From: Sphyrna mokarran
Taxonomy: Eukaryota
Length of the DNA stretch: 64,000 nt
Direction: 5' to 3'
Assembly (NCBI GenBank): GCA_024679065.1
Contig: JAGIQG010000001.1
Span: 92,628,001 to 92,692,000 of the forward strand
The notes below the pieces were generated by a model. It ran no database searches and had not been told where the DNA came from. It saw only the letters and a list, made by a program, of their open reading frames with translations. This document shows, one piece after another, positions 25,268-38,047 of this stretch (position 1 is the first letter of the stretch; each line of letters opens with the position of its first letter). The position numbers were made by a program, and so were the translations under genes.

Positions 25268-25605
25268 TAGCACGGTGGCAAAGTGGTTAGCATAGCTGCC
25301 TTTCAGCACCAGGCACCTGGGTTCAATTCCTACCTTGGGTGACTGTGTGAAGTTTGCATGTTCTCCCTATGTCTGTGTGGGTTTCTTCCAGATGTTGTGG
25401 TTTCCTCCCACTGTCCAAAGATATGTAGGTTAGGTGGATTGGTCATGGTAAGTTGTCCTGTGGTATCCCAAGATATGCAGATTAGGGGGACTATCTGGGT
25501 AAATGCATGTGGTTATGGGAATAGGTCCTGGGTAAATTGCTCTGTAGTATAGTTGATGCAGATCTGACGGAGCAATTGGTCTTGTTCAGAACTGCAGGGA
25601 CTCCA
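25268..25605 (+). mobile_element. HE1-type V-SINE
   Basis: gcacggtggcaaagtggttagc..gggttcaattcc, followed by V-domain. Confidence 0.85.
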
Positions 25606-25932
25606 AGAAGACTTCCCACATCTTAAAGCACAGGAAGTCGACAAAGCACCAGCTTATGTCTGTTTTCTACATCTTGATTTTTCTGAAATGGGTAACTAGC
25701 CTGAAGGCAAAGGCTATAGCTTGAGGAGCACTACTCCACATCAAGCAAACTGAGTAGGAGATTTGCTCACTCTTAGCGGCTGCCATAAGCACACTGAAAG
25801 AGTTTACAGGTTGAAAATCAACCTGTCTGGGCACGTCATGAACACACCTTCCATGGTTGTCAATCCTGGGTTGGAACACAAACCCAAAGCTTCTGGTTCG
25901 GATATAGAGACCCTATATCTGCTCACAAGGCT
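25606..25932 (-). mobile_element. Probable tRNA-derived SINE of a different family
   Basis: Reverse complement begins gccttgtgagcag...agaagctttgggtttgtgttcc (degenerate A/B boxes). Confidence 0.4.
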
Positions 25933-26140
25933 TTCCTTCTTAACAAAATAATGAGGAAAAAAAACATTGTACTAGTCAATCTTTCATGCTGTAGTACTGT
26001 AGGAATCAAGACAAGGTGTAGTCTTCATGCGACACTGCTATGGAAAACATGTGATAATTGTTCCAGAGTGCACAATTGTAACAGAGACCAATCGTCTAAT
26101 TAGGACAATTTAAAGTCCTAAACTCTATGTTTACTGCTAA

Positions 26141-27082
26141 TGTGCAAAATTCTCCCCAAAAAATTCTAATGTGGAACTTACATGAAAACTGTAGTAATTC
26201 ACGCTGTTTCTTTTCAATGGGAGCTTAAACAAGAATCTCCCATTGCACTGTAGAAGCCACCACATGAATATCATTATAAATCAGTAGATGGGACATATTC
26301 CTGCCCGGGAGGCTGAAAGCAGCAGGCCACTGTTCGATTGCTGGCTAGCTCAATCACTGGCCAACCTGGGACTCCCACACCGCTTTCCCCTCCCATCTCC
26401 TTCATGGTCCTCCAGATCATGAACCTCCCCAACCATTCCTGGGCCAGCCTGACACCATTCGCCCCTCCCCTCACCTCTACCCCCGCAAGCAGCCCCACCC
26501 GCCTGCCTGACTGCCTCCCCAGCTAAACCCACCCAATCAGTGGCCTCCCTCTTGCCCCCACCGAATCCAATGCAGGCACTTCTAAGCTTTACCCTACCCC
26601 ACTGGTTGCCATTACACCCTGCCCCATCAAGCACTGCCCCTAAGTCCCATCCTTACCAGGCCACGTCCCCTAGACACTGCTACTTGTCCAATAAGCAGAG
26701 TCAAGGTGCTCCCGGGGAGTAATAGGAAGGCACAGGCTGGCACTGCCAGGATTCCCATGCCTTTGGGGCATCACACCCCTACTGCCCAACTACCTAGAGG
26801 ACACTAATTGCCTCCCATTCACTCCGCGGGGCCAGGCTGCTAGCATCTCCAAAGTGAAGAGCTACTCTAAATCCTGCTGGAGTTTGTTGGGAGGGAGAGG
26901 GTAGTGGCCCACAGAATTCAGGCCCACTAATAGCATTTAAATGATATTTAAAATATCATATAAATACTGGCCTAGCCTCCCCACCAATGAAGACCACGCT
27001 GGGAGACGCAAGCAGGGTACAAACTCCTGCGCAAATCCCACGTGATTCTCTCAGCCCACTGCACTATGGGAGAATCGCAACC
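26141..27082. mobile_element. Non-autonomous DNA transposon/MITE (Harbinger-like termini) with C-rich interior
   Basis: Imperfect TIRs gtgcaaaattctccc / gggagaatcgcaac; taa on the left flank; similar degraded elements at ~27320-27990, 43660-44290, 48290-48690, 51640-51930 and 54965-55560. Confidence 0.5.
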
Positions 27083-28789
27083 AATATAACAGCCTATAAG
27101 TTGAAAAAAATAACACTTATGTCAATGATCCTTGGGATGTCCCACTCTAGTACAATCCAGGTCAATATTTTAATTATTAATGATTACATGACAAGGTATA
27201 AAACAATGTGGGGTGGAAAGCAAAGTTGGTTGGGAATGTGAACAATTACCTGGAGAAAAATGTTGAGGAACTGGGAAATGCTAAACTGAGGGATGGAATC
27301 TTATTAGTTACATAGAAATAGCCATGGAGAGTGGGGAATTTTGTGAGGTGCCCAGTGGGTAATCTACCTCTTCCCAACTGCAAGCAGTTTTGCTGAAGGC
27401 AGGGTCTAACTGTCACCAGCCACCTTCCCAGGAGCAACAAGTGTCAATTATGGTAATTAAGTACCAACATCGGGGCAACAACACCAGGATTGTCCTGATG
27501 ATTGATATGAGTCCTCTGCTGTGGTCGAAGCTCAATAGAGACTGGAGGTGGCCTTACAAGGACAGCCTAATGAGCCCGCATGGTCTAATTTAATTCTATA
27601 CCCTCTTTATCCCCATGGAACCACAGGACTCAGAGTGCCCCAGCTGCTGATGGAGACCAGCTTGTGAAGTGGTTCCTGCTCTACAATGATTGCCTGCCAA
27701 CTATGAGCACATTTTATTTTTAAAACTAAGTCTTCAGAGGCAGCCTCCATGTTGAAGCACCTTCTTAGACCCTCAGCTACAGTGGCCTTCTCTCCCCATG
27801 GTGCTGCCAGATATCCACAGTCTCAACCACTCTATTTAGATTTCATGACTGCATCTTGATCACCACTTTTAATTGGGCAAGGTCCCAGAGGCAACCCACT
27901 TTAGGAAAAATCATGCAGGCAAGCGGCTTGCAGACACCAGTTTCAGGCTCCAGAAATGATCCCAGCCTGTGTTTAAAAGTTATGTTGGTAACATTCAGGT
28001 CCAAGTATTAACCTGCTGACAGTGTCTGATGTGTAATTACTGTGGACAATCTGGCAATTGTATTTCCATTTTCATAGCAGTATTCACAATGGTAAAAGTT
28101 AATATGAAATGTAAAAATATGACAAGAAAATGATAGTTTTGCAGTTAGGAAATATGGTACACAAATTTTTGTGATATAACATGTATAAATAAGGAACACT
28201 TTTTAGTCATCAACATTACCTTTTGACCTAAACCATTAGTGGTTAAATTAAGGATGTCGTTGCTTTGGTCTCTTGGCTTGTATATTGCTATTAGTGTCAG
28301 TACACTTGCTCCTGTTGCCCTTTTAATGTTTCCTCGGCATCTACTATAGTATGTATAGTCGAAAAATTGCTTTGTGATCACAGAGCATGCATACAGCAAA
28401 CATTTTCACTTTCCTGTAATTAAGTCAGCATGGTGTTTGACTTTCTCACTCCTCAATGCTAGTAACATTTGATTCTGAGGATCTACTTTCACTATTTCCT
28501 CTCAAATACTGGTATTTTTTTCTCGCCACAATTTTTATCATCTCCACGTGTGCCCTAAAGAACAATGTACTAATCTGGCTTGAGAGGCATTTAATATGGC
28601 AGGCCTTTCCAAAGGCAGTACAGGGTTCTTGTCAGATTTCCTGCTGGCAGCCAAAACTCCCACTGTCTGGATAAAATACCATCCTTTTCACTGAGACAAC
28701 AAAAACAGTCCTTGTTCAGTGATACTTGCAATGGATTCTTCTGTTGCCTCGATGGATAAAGAAAGTTCACACTCCAGACTAATGTTAGC

Positions 28790-29080
28790 TCATGCTAATA
28801 AAGCTGAAATATAAAGCTAATCTCAGCAATGCTGATCATGAAACTATTATTAAATGTCATTAAAACCCATCTGGTTCCAAATATCCATAAGGAAAGGAAT
28901 CTGCCATCCTTATCTAGCCTGCCTGGCCTACATGTGACGCCAGAGACACAGCAATATGGTTTACTCTTAACTGACCTCTGAAATGGTCTTGCAAGCCACT
29001 CAGCTCAAGGGATATTAGAGGTGGGCAACAAATGTTGATTCAACCAATGATGCCCACATCGCATGAAAGAATAAAAAAAA
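28790..29080 (+). mobile_element. SINE sharing its 3' tail with the LINE at 30475-32378
   Basis: aaaacccatctggttc..ctgccatcctta..ggcctacatgtgac body; tail gatgcccacatcgcatgaaagaataaaaaaaa resembles 32352-32376. Confidence 0.7.
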
Positions 29081-30474
29081 GTATGTGACATTAGGCCAAG
29101 TCTCAATTTTCATAACTGATTGCAAATACTGCATATGAAGTCAGTGGAGGAAAGTATGGTGGCTTGTCAGCACATGATACATATTTGAAGGCATCGTGAA
29201 CCTAGCCATGCTTTTCGCTGGATATTCAGCAGATGAAGCTTAATGCAGAGAATGTTAAGCTTTTCATTTTCATAGAAAGAGTGAGAGGCAATATAAACTA
29301 AATGATGCAGCTAAGAGGAAGAGATCTGGGGCGTACACATGCAAGTATTTGAAGATGCTGATCAAGTTGAACAAGATGTTAAAGTGATAGCTAATATGGA
29401 ATTCTTGGCTGTATAACTAGAGGTATGAGAGAGGAAATTTACCCCAAAAAGAATAGGATTGCGTAGGTGGATTAAATGTTCCAATTGAACTTTCCAGCTC
29501 CTCTTCCCCATCACAGGTTTTCCACAGAGGAGCCAGCAAGCCACTGAAATTTCCATTCATACTGGCAGGACCAAAAGATCCCGCTGGCCATAATGTGAGT
29601 TGCCAAACCCAAGCCCATCTGTTCACGTTCAGTTTAAACTGTTGCAAAGAAGGTGCACAGGTGACGAACGCACTGTGAAGAGACATGATAATGAGGCAAC
29701 TAGCTTCATTCAGTTTTTCAACTTAACGGTTGATTGCATTTTCTGAATCTCATCGCTTAGCAGTAATATCAGGGCAAGGACTTGATAGGTCCAGGAATGA
29801 GTGCCTTTACATTTGCTTCCTAGATCCAATGTAATTGCTGGGGAATCATCCCGTATTGGACGCACCCACTTCACAAAGTCTCCAGCCTCCACCATGCCTT
29901 GAATTTGTACCCCAGGATTCGGATTTCCCCACCATCATCACCATAAGCTCAGACACCTCCAGGTTTGCAAACTCCCCCCAAAGTCCCAATCTCATCACTC
30001 AAACCACTAATCCCAAAACAAGACCGCCAATCCTCCTTATCCCCAATCTCCCTGCCACGTGTCCTATCAACACAAAGCTTCTGATCCATACATACTGAGC
30101 TCACCATAATCCTTAGCCCAAGCCTCTTGGCTACACTGAATACCATCCCTGACAAAACAGCCAACTTGATCAGTACCCCATTCATCACATTAAGCATGAC
30201 TTCCTTTCACTATCAACACATAATGGCAGCAGTGTGTATCGTAGACTAGATGCATTGCGTGAAATCATAAGCTTCCTTCAATAGTACCTTTCAAATCTGT
30301 AACCTCTTATCACCCAGAAGAAAGGTAGCACACACATGGAAAGAAATCACCTGCAAGTTCTTTTTGAATTGAAACAATACCCTGACTTGCAACTGTATCA
30401 CTGTTCTTTTGCTGTTGCTGGGCAAAGTTTCTGGACTTCACTCCCTCCTTAATAGTATTCTGGGTATTCTGTTC

Positions 30475-32378
30475 CAGAACTTGCTGCTGCTCCCCTAGAC
30501 AACTCTTCTAGTAAAGTTATAGCTCTGGCAAAAGCCTAACAATGTGAAAAATTGCCCAAGGTATGTCCTGCACGCACAAAGGCAAATCCAACCCAGCCAA
30601 ATATAATCCAGTCTATTCTCGATCATCAGTGAAGTGATGGAAAGATCATCAACACTGCCATCAAGCAGCCCCTGCTCAACAATAACCTGCTTGGTGACAC
30701 CCAGTTTGTGTTTCCCAAGGTCACTTGCCTCCTGACCTCATTACAGCCTTGATTCAAACGTGGGTGAGAGAGTTGAATTTCAGAGGTGAGGACAGAGTGA
30801 CAGCCCTTGACATCAAGGCCGTATTCAACCAAGTGTGGCATCAAAGTGCCCTAGAAAAATTGGAATCAATAGATTTTGGGCCAAGTTCTCTGCTGGCTAG
30901 AGAAATACCTGATACATAGGAAAATGGTTGTTGGAGGGTCAGTTATTTCAGCTCCAGGAAATCTTTGCAGGAATCCCTCAGGGTAGTTTCTTAAGCCCAA
31001 CTATCTTCAGCTGCTCCATCAATGACCTTCCCTCCATCGTAAAGTCAGGCAGGGGGAAATTTGCTGATGATTGCACAATATTCAGTACTATTATGACTCC
31101 TCAGATACTGAAACAGTCCATCTTCAAATGCAACAAGATCTGGACAATTCCCAGGCTTATACTGACAAGTGGCAAGCAACATTCACACCATATAAATGCT
31201 AAGCAATAATCATCTCTAATAGGAGACACTCTAACCACCGCCCCTTGACATTCAATGGTGTTATCGTCACTGAATTCCCCACAGTCAACATCCTTGGGGT
31301 TACTATTGACCAAAAACTCAACTGGACTCACCACATAAACAGCGTGGCTGCAAGAGCAGGTCAGCAGCTACGAATACTATGATGAGTAACTTACCTCCTG
31401 AGTCCCTAAAGCCCTTCCACAAGGCACAAGTCAGGAATGTGACGGAACACTCCCCATTGGCCTACAGCTCCAACAACACTCTAGAAGTTTGGATAAAGCT
31501 CCAACAACACTCTAGAAGTTTGACACTATCCAGGACAAAGCAGTCACTTTATTGGCTCCACATCTACAAACATCTAGTCCCTCCACCATCAACGTTCAGT
31601 AGTAGCACTGCATTTAGAAGATGCTCTGCAGCAATTCACCAAAGATTCTTAGACAGCAGCTTCCAAATACACAAACACTTCCATCTAGAAAGATGGAGAT
31701 TGAGGGGACACCTGATAAAAGTATGCAAGATTATGACAGGCATGGACAGAAGCTTTTCCCCAAGGTGGAAGAGTCAATTACTAGGGGGCATAGGTTTAAC
31801 GTATAAAAGGCAAGTTTTAAAAGAGATGTACAAGGCAGATTTTTTACACAAAGAGTGGTGGGTGCCTGGAAAGAGCAGGGGGAGGTAGTGGAAGCGGATA
31901 TGGTAGTGGCTTTTAAGGGGCGTCTTGACAAGTACATGAATGAGATGGGATTTGAGGGATCTGGTCCCCAGAAGCGTAAGAGGTTTTAGTTAAGTCAGGC
32001 AGCATGGTCAATGCAGGCTTGGAAGGCCAAAGGACCTATTCCTGTGCTTGAATCTTCTTTGTTCATTATACCACACTCTGTGCAAAAAAGTTGCTCCTCA
32101 GGTTCCCATTCTTTCCCCTCTGAACTTAAACCTATGCCCTTTAATTCTCGATTCCCCAACCCTGGGGAAAAGAACCAAGAACGCTTGGAAATATATCGCC
32201 ATTCCTTCACAGTGACTGGGTCAAAATCCTGGAATTCCCTCCCCAGTGGCATTGTGGGTCAACCCACAGCATATGGACTGCAGCAATTCAAGAAGGCAGC
32301 TCACCACCATTTTCTCAAGCAACTGAGGATGGGGAGTAAATGCTGGCCAGCGATGCCCACGCCCCATGAATGAATATA
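30475..32378 (+). mobile_element. CR1/L2-group LINE 3' half (RT to tail), interrupted at ~31692-32180; an older copy of the same family lies at 30150-30468
   Basis: ALDIKAVFNQVWHQSALEKL, GIPQGSFLSPTIFSCSINDLP..KFADD, KAQVRNVTEHSPLA; tail aagaaggcagctcaccacc...gatgcccac...gaatgaata. Confidence 0.85.
31692..32066 (+). mobile_element. HER1/CR1 3' fragment nested in LINE
   Basis: RLRGHLIKVCKIMTGMDR, FPKVEESITRGHRF; tail ggccaaaggacctattcctgtgcttgaatcttctttgttc. Confidence 0.8.
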
Positions 32379-32384
32379 GAAAAA

Positions 32385-32707
32385 AAGTTCAGCCCATTGA
32401 GTCTGCACCAACACGTTGGCAGAGCATCTTGCTCAGGCCCAACCTCCACCTTATCTCCATAGCCCTGCGCATTTACCCCACAAGTCCCCCTAACATACAC
32501 ATTTTGGGACTCCAGCAGGCAATTTAGCCTAGCCAAAACACGTAAGTTGCACTTCTTTGGACTGTGGGAGGAAACTGGAGCACCTGGAGGAAACCCGCAC
32601 ATGGAAAGAACTTGCAAACTCCACACTGTCACTCATGGTTGGAATTGAACCCAAGTCCCTGATGCTGTGAGACGGCAGTTCTAATTACTGTGTCACCCTG
32701 CTGCCCC
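32385..32707 (-). mobile_element. HE1-type V-SINE
   Basis: Reverse complement ggggcagcagggtgacacagtaattag..gggttcaattcc, followed by V-domain. Confidence 0.85.
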
Positions 32708-33299
32708 CAATCAACACAGATCTTCCCAATGATGCCCACATCATGTGAATGAATAACATCTCTGCTCGTAACATGGTCTCTCCTCAGGCTTTGTATCCAT
32801 ACATTAGCTTCCAACTTTCACTCCCAACTTCCACCCTCACGCCTTCAATCCACAAACTGGCCTCCAGTTTTCACACCCAACGTCAATCCTAAGACCCTCA
32901 AACTTTACAGAAGGCCACTGATTCTCCCGAAGCCTGATATCTTCCACACTTCTGGTACAGTTCACCTGGCCTTTACCCCCTTCTTCTAGACCAATTCCCC
33001 CACTTCCCCAGTGCTCACCTCCAATTCCACATCTGCAGCCCACCCCAGGATCAACACTACCTCACTACCTATTCCCCAAATCTGGGCATCTTCCACCTGC
33101 ATTCCTATCTGGTCCTGCACCCTCCATGGATTGTTCCCCATCTGATTGGAAGCCAGTCTGGTTCATCAGGCAGTGAAATAATCAGTGACGTAATCACTAA
33201 AACTCCAGTTAGTGCCAGAATTCCAACTTCTAGTTTGCATATCTTTATGACTATTCACTCCTGATGGATTAGCAAAGTTAAATTTCATACCAGACAGCA

Positions 33300-33875
33300 T
33301 TGAAGCAAGTAAGTTATGAAGGATCTTTATAAAGCACTGGTTAGGCTCCAGCTGGTATATTGTAGCCAATTCTAGACACAGCATTTTAGAAAGGATAGCA
33401 AATCCTTTGAAAAAGTGCAGAGATTTATTAGAATTATGCCAGAGATGAAAGATTTCAGTTAAATGGCAGGACTAGAAAAAAAAATCTAGGATGTCCTCTT
33501 TGGAGAGGAGAAGATTAAGTGGAGATTTATTAGAGCTGTTCAAAAATCTTGTAGGGTTTTGATAAATAAGCAAGTGTGAATAAATAAAGAGAAACTGTTT
33601 CCATGACAGATGTGTTAGTAACCAGAGGACACAGATTTAAGGTGATTGGCAAAAGAAGCAGAACTGAGTTGCAATGATTTGTTATGCATTGCCTGAAAGA
33701 CTGGTGGAACAAGATTCAATAGCAACTTTCAAAAGAAACAGAATAAATAATTGAAGGGAAAAAAATGCAGGGCTATGGGGAAAGAGAATGAGAATAACTG
33801 GATTGTTCTTTCAAAGAGCTGGCACAATGGACTGAAGTTCCTCCTTTTATTTTGTTTCATCCTCTGATTCTATGA
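33300..33875 (+). mobile_element. CR1 LINE 3' fragment
   Basis: ctttataaagcactggttaggctccagctgg..aagattaagtggagattta..accagaggacacagatttaagg..ctgattctatga. Confidence 0.7.
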
Positions 33876-35424
33876 GCCTCTTTGGGATCATGTATACATG
33901 TGTCCTGGGATTCTTCCTTCGTTTTTAGTGAGATTTTCATGAGTGCCTTGCATTGTTAAATTGTATATTTTTCCCATGCATTATTATAGAAATCTGAAGA
34001 CAACTAAATAAGTACTGTGTGAGTCCAAATTTTTCAAAAGATCAATCCCTGAAGCACTCAAGCCTGATTTTGTGTGTGGGTGTATCAGAATGCATATAAG
34101 GAACAAAATGCAGCCCATTGATAATGTGGTATCTATTTCCTCTATACCATTTTTACATCACAGTTAATGACAGGTGTCAGTCAAGCAGCAATAAAGTACA
34201 AAGTCCAGAAATATTTAACCAAAATTAACATTTACTTTATTATTTAATTTCTTCGGTGTTTTCCAGTTTGACATCATTTTAACACATTTGTTACAAAATG
34301 CATGGCCATTGTGACATTTCTAATTTGTTACTTCCATGCACTCAAGTGTTGAAATGCTCAGGTTTGCAGACATAATCCAGTCATTCAATACTAGGCTTTG
34401 TGCCATGTCGGCATCTGTGCTTCCATTGGCAAATAACAAGAGCATAAATGAGTAAGGAATCTATCTATATTTTCAGTGCTTTCAGAAAAAATAGAAGGTA
34501 CTTCTGATACTTTCAGAAAAAATAGAAAATACTTCCCAAGCTAACCAACACTATAGCACTAATCTACATGTTCAAAAACTATTTTTTTCATAGAATGTAT
34601 ATTTCAAAGATAAAGCTTTGTCCTTCATATGAGCAATACATAAGAAAAAATTCAAAATGCACCATGCGATGCTCTGGAAGTTGATATGGAGAAAGGGGAC
34701 AGTAAACAGAAGCCCAAAAGGGAATCTTAAGACTGACGAACTAAAATGGGTAGATAATAGAGAAATTTACAGGTGAGATTTTTGGGACATGGAGCGAGCA
34801 CGTTTCAACAGAAATAACCAAAATTAATGATGGACGATATATGGACAGCGGAATATTTGAATATTGAATTATGGAGGGTGGAGGGTAACAAAAGAGACAT
34901 CAGAAAAGTTAAGTGCTGAGGCAACAATGTGCTGGTATGAAGAAGGCAATGGAGATTAAGTGGGACAATGTTGGACAACGCTACTGAAGATGAAACTCAG
35001 CGTGTAAATGAAGAGTTGCAGCTCTAGGTCAAAGAAAATGGCAAGATTATACGCAGTCTGAGAGCAGAAGAATAAAGTTCGCAACAGATTTTCATTAAGA
35101 ATTTTTGGCAGGGACTGACAACGATACCCCTATACTTACTGATTTTCCATTGGACGAAATTCTGGCTCATCAAAGGCTTATCATCAAATGGGAAAGCGGG
35201 ATGATTTCTGTTTTAGCATGTTGATTAGTTTGGTAGGTCTGAAAAAGTCTTTGTAGTTAGACACAGGTTAACTGCAAACCTTTACAGACTTTTAGAATAA
35301 TTTAAAAATATACAGTAAAAGGTAGGGGACTCTACAGACAGTTGATCTAGGTACCTATTGTTGAAACATTTTTTGTCAAGCTGAGGGAGATTACCATTGT
35401 AACAAAGCCCACCAAAACCACAAA

Positions 35425-38047
35425 GTCTCCATGCTTGTACAAATGGCTCTGTTCAGCATGAGATTGACCCTGGGGTAGGGATATCCTCTGTTATATCACA
35501 ATGTGGGTGGTACTGTACTCAGTTCTGCATTTACCCTACATGTGCCAGACACTAACACTTATGCCTTACACATATAATATCGTAACTAAATTACCATTAT
35601 CCCATCTCCCTCCACTTCAAGTCCTTGAATTCAAAAGTTCAGGTGGTCTGGTGCCTGATAGCTCTTCCCACTTTACTTACAGTAGAGTCAGTGGAATGTT
35701 GGAGTCTGTCACTGCTCGTTCTTTGAGTTTGGAGTTTGTTCTGGAATCTGAGTACTTTCTTTTCTTCCATTCTTTCATGCTGAACCATATTCGGTTGGTT
35801 TGGCTGTTGTACTGATTGGTGATTGCTATCTTCAATCCTTTCTTGCCAGTCAATGAACATTATGCTCATGTACTTGTCAATAATTTTGCTTCTTTCACCA
35901 TGTCTAACAAGTTCCAACATCTTTTGTGGTCTTGCCAGGCTGCCTGGGAGTTAAACGGAATGTTTGGTTGTTGCAGCGTTGATCTGATGTACTGTCATCA
36001 GAGCCGGTGGTTGAGGCTCATTGGACTGCCTGTCACTTTCTTTTACAAGCATTATTGCAGGTATTGTGGCTACCTCCTGAATGAGTAGCTGGTCTGACAA
36101 TTGTGGGTTTTCTAACACCTCTAACAGAAATGGACAAACTTACTCCACAAAGAAAACAGTCAGAGCTGAAATCCCAGTCAGGATATTCTTTTTGGTTTGA
36201 GTACTTGGGAATTTGCAGTTTTGTATGATTAACAGTGGCTGTTTTGGCATCTTTTGTCACTTCTGAGCTACACAGGCATCATTACTTAAAGGGGAGAAAG
36301 GTTGGTTACAGAAGATGTCCATCAAGTCAATGTTTGCTGCCATTTCTTAGTGGTTTCAGAATCATCCCTATGACTGGAAGTTGGATTCCTCTAGATCCAT
36401 AAAATGGTGTGTTTGTTGTCCAAAGCCAGAGATTTTCAGTCAGAGTTCTTCGTCCAACATGATTGTTACACTAGTTCTTGTACCTAATTTGAAATGTTAA
36501 ATGGCCGTTGACTAAAATGCCACATTCCGAAATGAGAAACCAATATCTTTGAACTGGCCCAAGAAGCATGGCATCTTCCAGCCTTGCAGTCTTAACCTCA
36601 TGGATGATCTTTGAGCCTTCTGTGCATTTCAAATTTTGTATTTGTATTGCATAATTTACTGCAGTGTCCAACCTTGGTCCACTGAAAGCTTTAGACTGAA
36701 ATTGCAAGGCACTGATCTCACCTGTGGAGGCACTTTGATCCAAAGCATTGGCACGTTTGCTCTAATGGCCAGTTTGGTTACTGCCTTCCCTTGCCTGAAG
36801 TGACTTTATTGCATACTTAACTGAACTGTGGATTGACCTCTGCATCACTGTTTATTTTCTCCCTGAAAATAGTTCTGTGTTGCACATGGAGTTCTGACTG
36901 TCTAACTAGTTGGATTGCCTTTTTCAGGGTTGGATCTTCCTTTGCCTGCATGAGGTCAGAGAGCATGCCATCCACTATTCCTATCACTGTTTTGACTCAG
37001 ATGAGTTCAGACTTTAAGTCTCCATACTTGCAACCTTCTGTTATCCTGTACACTTCAATGATGAATGAATTGACCGCTTCTTCTGACTGCTAGACTGGCT
37101 TGTTAAATTCAGTTTTTCACCACTTGGAGACAAAGGGATTTTCTGTACTTGATGGTTTTGGTGGGCTCTGTTACAATGGCAATCTCGCTCAGCTTGAAAA
37201 AAAATGTTTTAATAATAACTACCTAAATCTACTGTAGAGTGCCCTTGCACAGTGTTTACGTAAAGAGAAATTTGTCAAATGCTGGCCTTTGCTTTCTCTC
37301 AATGGAGTTTAAAAGTCACAATTCTCTCCTGTTGTGTTTTTTCTCATTTTGGACCAAGCCCAAACAGGCATTTGCCGCTGACTTGGGGATCAGATTTTAC
37401 TGACAGTTTTTGCAAGATGCAAACCTTACTCTGAATTATTTAAAGCTTTATCAGGAATTGTGATAGCCTGAAGTTTTAAAAGATGTAGTCCACCCCTGCT
37501 AGGTCTGCACTCAGGGATTAGAAGCTAGACTTCTAAAGGAGATTCAATGAAGTCTTCTGCTGCAATAGGCAATTTTAAATTACTACCTCTAACTTCCAAG
37601 TCTTTCTTCACATTTTTTTTCCTGGAGAATTTTCCTGCGAGCCTCTGCTTCTGGAGATTCTTTTCAGGTCCATCCGCTTTGCTGGATTGTTCTCAGTTAT
37701 CCGACATTCTAGTTTTTCCTCTGTATTTTTAAAGTGTCTTGCGTTTTTTTCCATCAGCTGCCACCATGTTGTTGGCATGTTGATTACAGTTCAACAGGTC
37801 TGAAGAAGTCTTCGGAGTCAGACGTAAGTGAACTGTAGGTCTTTATTGTATAATTATAAATAATTCTAATAGTCCATTTAATAAAAGGTAAAGGCTCGCA
37901 GCTGTCTCTATGCTTTTTGGTACAGATGGTTCTTCCCAACACTAAACTGATCTTCAGTGCAGGTCATGTGCTCTCTTATAAGACTCTGCAAGTGATATTG
38001 TACTAAGTCCCCCATTAACCTTGTATGTGCCACACGCTTATACTGCA
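35425..38047 (-). mobile_element. Decayed, internally deleted Gypsy/Ty3 LTR retrotransposon (5' LTR ~37770-38047, PBS ~37757-37766, gag ~36700-37110, PPT 35605-35613, truncated 3' LTR ~35425-35604)
   Basis: Gag motif SFIIEVYRITEGCKYGDLKSELI..VIGIVDGMLSDLMQAKEDPTLKKAIQLVRQSE; PBS tggtggcagc after ..aaca; PPT ggagggaga|TG; the two LTRs share tctc.atgctt..gtaca.atgg.tc and gtact.agt..catt.acc..atgtgcca. Confidence 0.75.

Noticed and set aside
31467-31522. Short direct repeats with spacer-like gaps (also 34478-34535 and 4898-4950) resembling CRISPR units
   Set aside because: Each is a two-copy tandem duplication in eukaryotic DNA, with no array and no cas genes
34700-35300. Possible L1/Tx1 ORF1 remnant (SRR..VR-like motif)
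   Set aside because: Too many stops and frameshifts to support a family call
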